A stretch of DNA of 62,838 bases, the filler included, from Sphacelaria rigidula (lineage: Eukaryota), in assembly GCA_964200075.2 (NCBI GenBank). It is 9 parts of 9 records of this genome, joined end to end, with 100 filler letters (N's around TTAATTAATTAA, not from the genome) between each part and the next. Parts side by side here need not be neighbours in the genome. Positions count along the whole stretch, not along the records: positions 55,947 to 62,838 come from CAXNAA020017552.1; 8 more parts are not named here. One strand, given 5' to 3'. Each line of letters begins with the position of its first letter. Positions within the stretch are counted from its first letter, which is position 1. Of this stretch, positions 61,256 to 62,838 are shown piece after piece. Made by a program: the position numbers and the translations under genes. The notes beneath the pieces were generated by a model that had not been told where the DNA came from, ran no database searches, and saw only the letters and a list, made by a program, of their open reading frames with translations.

Positions 61256-62300
61256 CCCTTTCGGGACCGGGCCTCCAGAACGACCAAGTAGGCTGGTCAG
61301 GAATGACGTGTCTGGCTTCTGCACAAAACAGTGGCCTGTTCCTGAAAATCCGCGTATGTAACCGCAGGGTTATGACGAAGACCGAAAGTTTCATCCGAAC
61401 TATTTTTTTCAGGTGCAGGGTGCGCATTAGGTGGTGTACATCTGATGTGGCAAGCAGCATGTGTCGCGGTAGAGAGCTAGCTTTCAACAGGATGCGGCGA
61501 CCGGCGGGCCGCCCGCCACTTGTGGCTTTGGATGATACTATTGTCCCCATCACCTTGCCACACAGCCCTTTGTGGTCGCGGTGGGCCGCCATTTCCCCCC
61601 CTTGTTGCATGCGGCAAATTCTCTTCGAAGGGAATCAACGTTGCAGCGCTCATGCATACAACAGTATGGTGTACAGTACAGTGTAGTACCCCTCTCCGAC
61701 TGAAGCAGCAGCTGCCGCTGCATACACCCTTGCACGTTCTGCGCAGTTTCCGACTACCGTGATCAACGGCCTACATACAGCTTCTTGATCCCCATCCACT
61801 ACGCAGTTGTTCACTGCACCCTGCAAGTCATCGCGAGAGGGATAAGCAGAACTCATGACAGTAGATCCTCTTGTCTTTCCACAGCCCACCTGGTTTTAGG
61901 GCGTGGTGAGCATGACTACATGGTAGCATGTACACTCCTTCCCGTTTTTTCCGGTCGACCCTGTGTGAGTGTAAATTACTACGTTTTAGTAGGGAATTGA
62001 GGCCCAAAAAATCCACCGGAAAACTCGGGAACGGTATACTGAGTGCAAGTCATATAACATAATCAAGCTCCGACCGCCCTGCGCTTGGAAACCTGCGAAG
62101 GCTTATCTGGGCCAGGGATAGGGTCCCACACGATCTTTGCAGTGGCATCACATCCGACAACAATCCTTGCGCTGGTCGTTCGGGTCTGGTCGATGAATTT
62201 CGCCTCGCTGTGATCGGGCAGGTCGCTCGAAGACTTATTTTTTACTGTTTCACTAACACAGGGTCAACCCTGTATTAGTGGGGGGTCCGTCCCAAAAGGT
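61256..62300. mobile_element. Non-autonomous piggyBac-type element (~1 kb)
   Basis: TTAA|CCCTTTCGGGACCGGGCC...GGTCCGTCCCAAAAGGTT. Its first ~65 bp recur at 62774-62838. Confidence 0.65.
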
Positions 62301-62302
62301 TC

Positions 62303-62771
62303 GAGGATGTCCGATCGTTTTATTTTTATTTTATGAACTACGGTGTTTTTTGGGTAGAAAAAAAGTATTTCAAATTTGCAGCTCGTGCTCAAACCATGCC
62401 GCCGAACGGCTACAAAAAAGTAGTCGGCCCGAAAAAGGCCGTTTTTTGCCCCTTTCCGAGGGGAAAGACAGTGTCAATTTTTTTTCTGATTTTTTTTACA
62501 CGCCCCCGCCTTCACTGGGGCTTGCTGGGCTTGCTGCTGGGCTTGCTGCCAGAAAGTCCCACGCGATTGAAAAATAAAAAATAAATAAAAAAACGACACT
62601 TTTTTTCCCCTCGGAAAGGGCCAAAAAACGGCAATTTTTGGGCCGACTACTTTTTTTGCAGCCGTTCGGCGGCATGGTTTAAGCACGAGCTGCGAATTTG
62701 AAACACATTTTCTTAATCCGAAGAACACCGTAGAGTTCAATGAAGAAAAAAAAAAACGATCGGATATCCTC
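62303..62771. mobile_element. Foldback MITE with GAG...CTC termini and ~190-bp arms
   Basis: GAGGATGTCCGATCG..AAACCATGCCGCCGAACGGCT is mirrored by AGCCGTTCGGCGGCATGGTTT..CGATCGGATATCCTC. Confidence 0.85.
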
Positions 62772-62838
62772 AACCCTTTTGGGACCGGGCCTCCAGAACG
62801 ACCAATGAGGCTGGTCAGGAATGACGTGTCTGGCGTCT

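Overview
Eukaryotic, intron-rich and transposon-rich DNA, most likely from a brown alga or other stramenopile (inferred from gene content, GT-AG intron style and repeat families). The window is not one locus. It is nine unrelated contigs of 6894-6892 bp, sorted by decreasing length and joined by eight identical 100-bp linkers (N44-TTAATTAATTAA-N44), so neighbourhoods only mean something inside a contig. C1 (1-6894): DD39D mariner with Stowaway-type TIRs, plus a possible KDZ-like relic. C2 (6995-13888): 5' part of an X-family DNA polymerase (Pol lambda/mu-like BRCT) with an unusual N-terminal FHA domain, plus a decayed LINE. C3 (13989-20882): AcademX-like XPG/Cys-finger relic. C4 (20983-27875): last five exons of an unknown gene, MITEs and a ~300-bp tandem repeat. 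C5 (27976-34868): spliced Sola-like DDD transposase pseudogene lying head-to-head, 501 bp apart, with a ParB/sulfiredoxin-domain gene; this is the best candidate for an undescribed system. C6 (34969-41861): internal exons of an RNF213/mysterin-like gene. C7 (41962-48854): double-bZIP transcription factor in one long exon. C8 and C9: MITEs, SINEs, a ~640-bp hairpin and a Copia fragment. All family calls come from motif recognition by eye; no searches were run.
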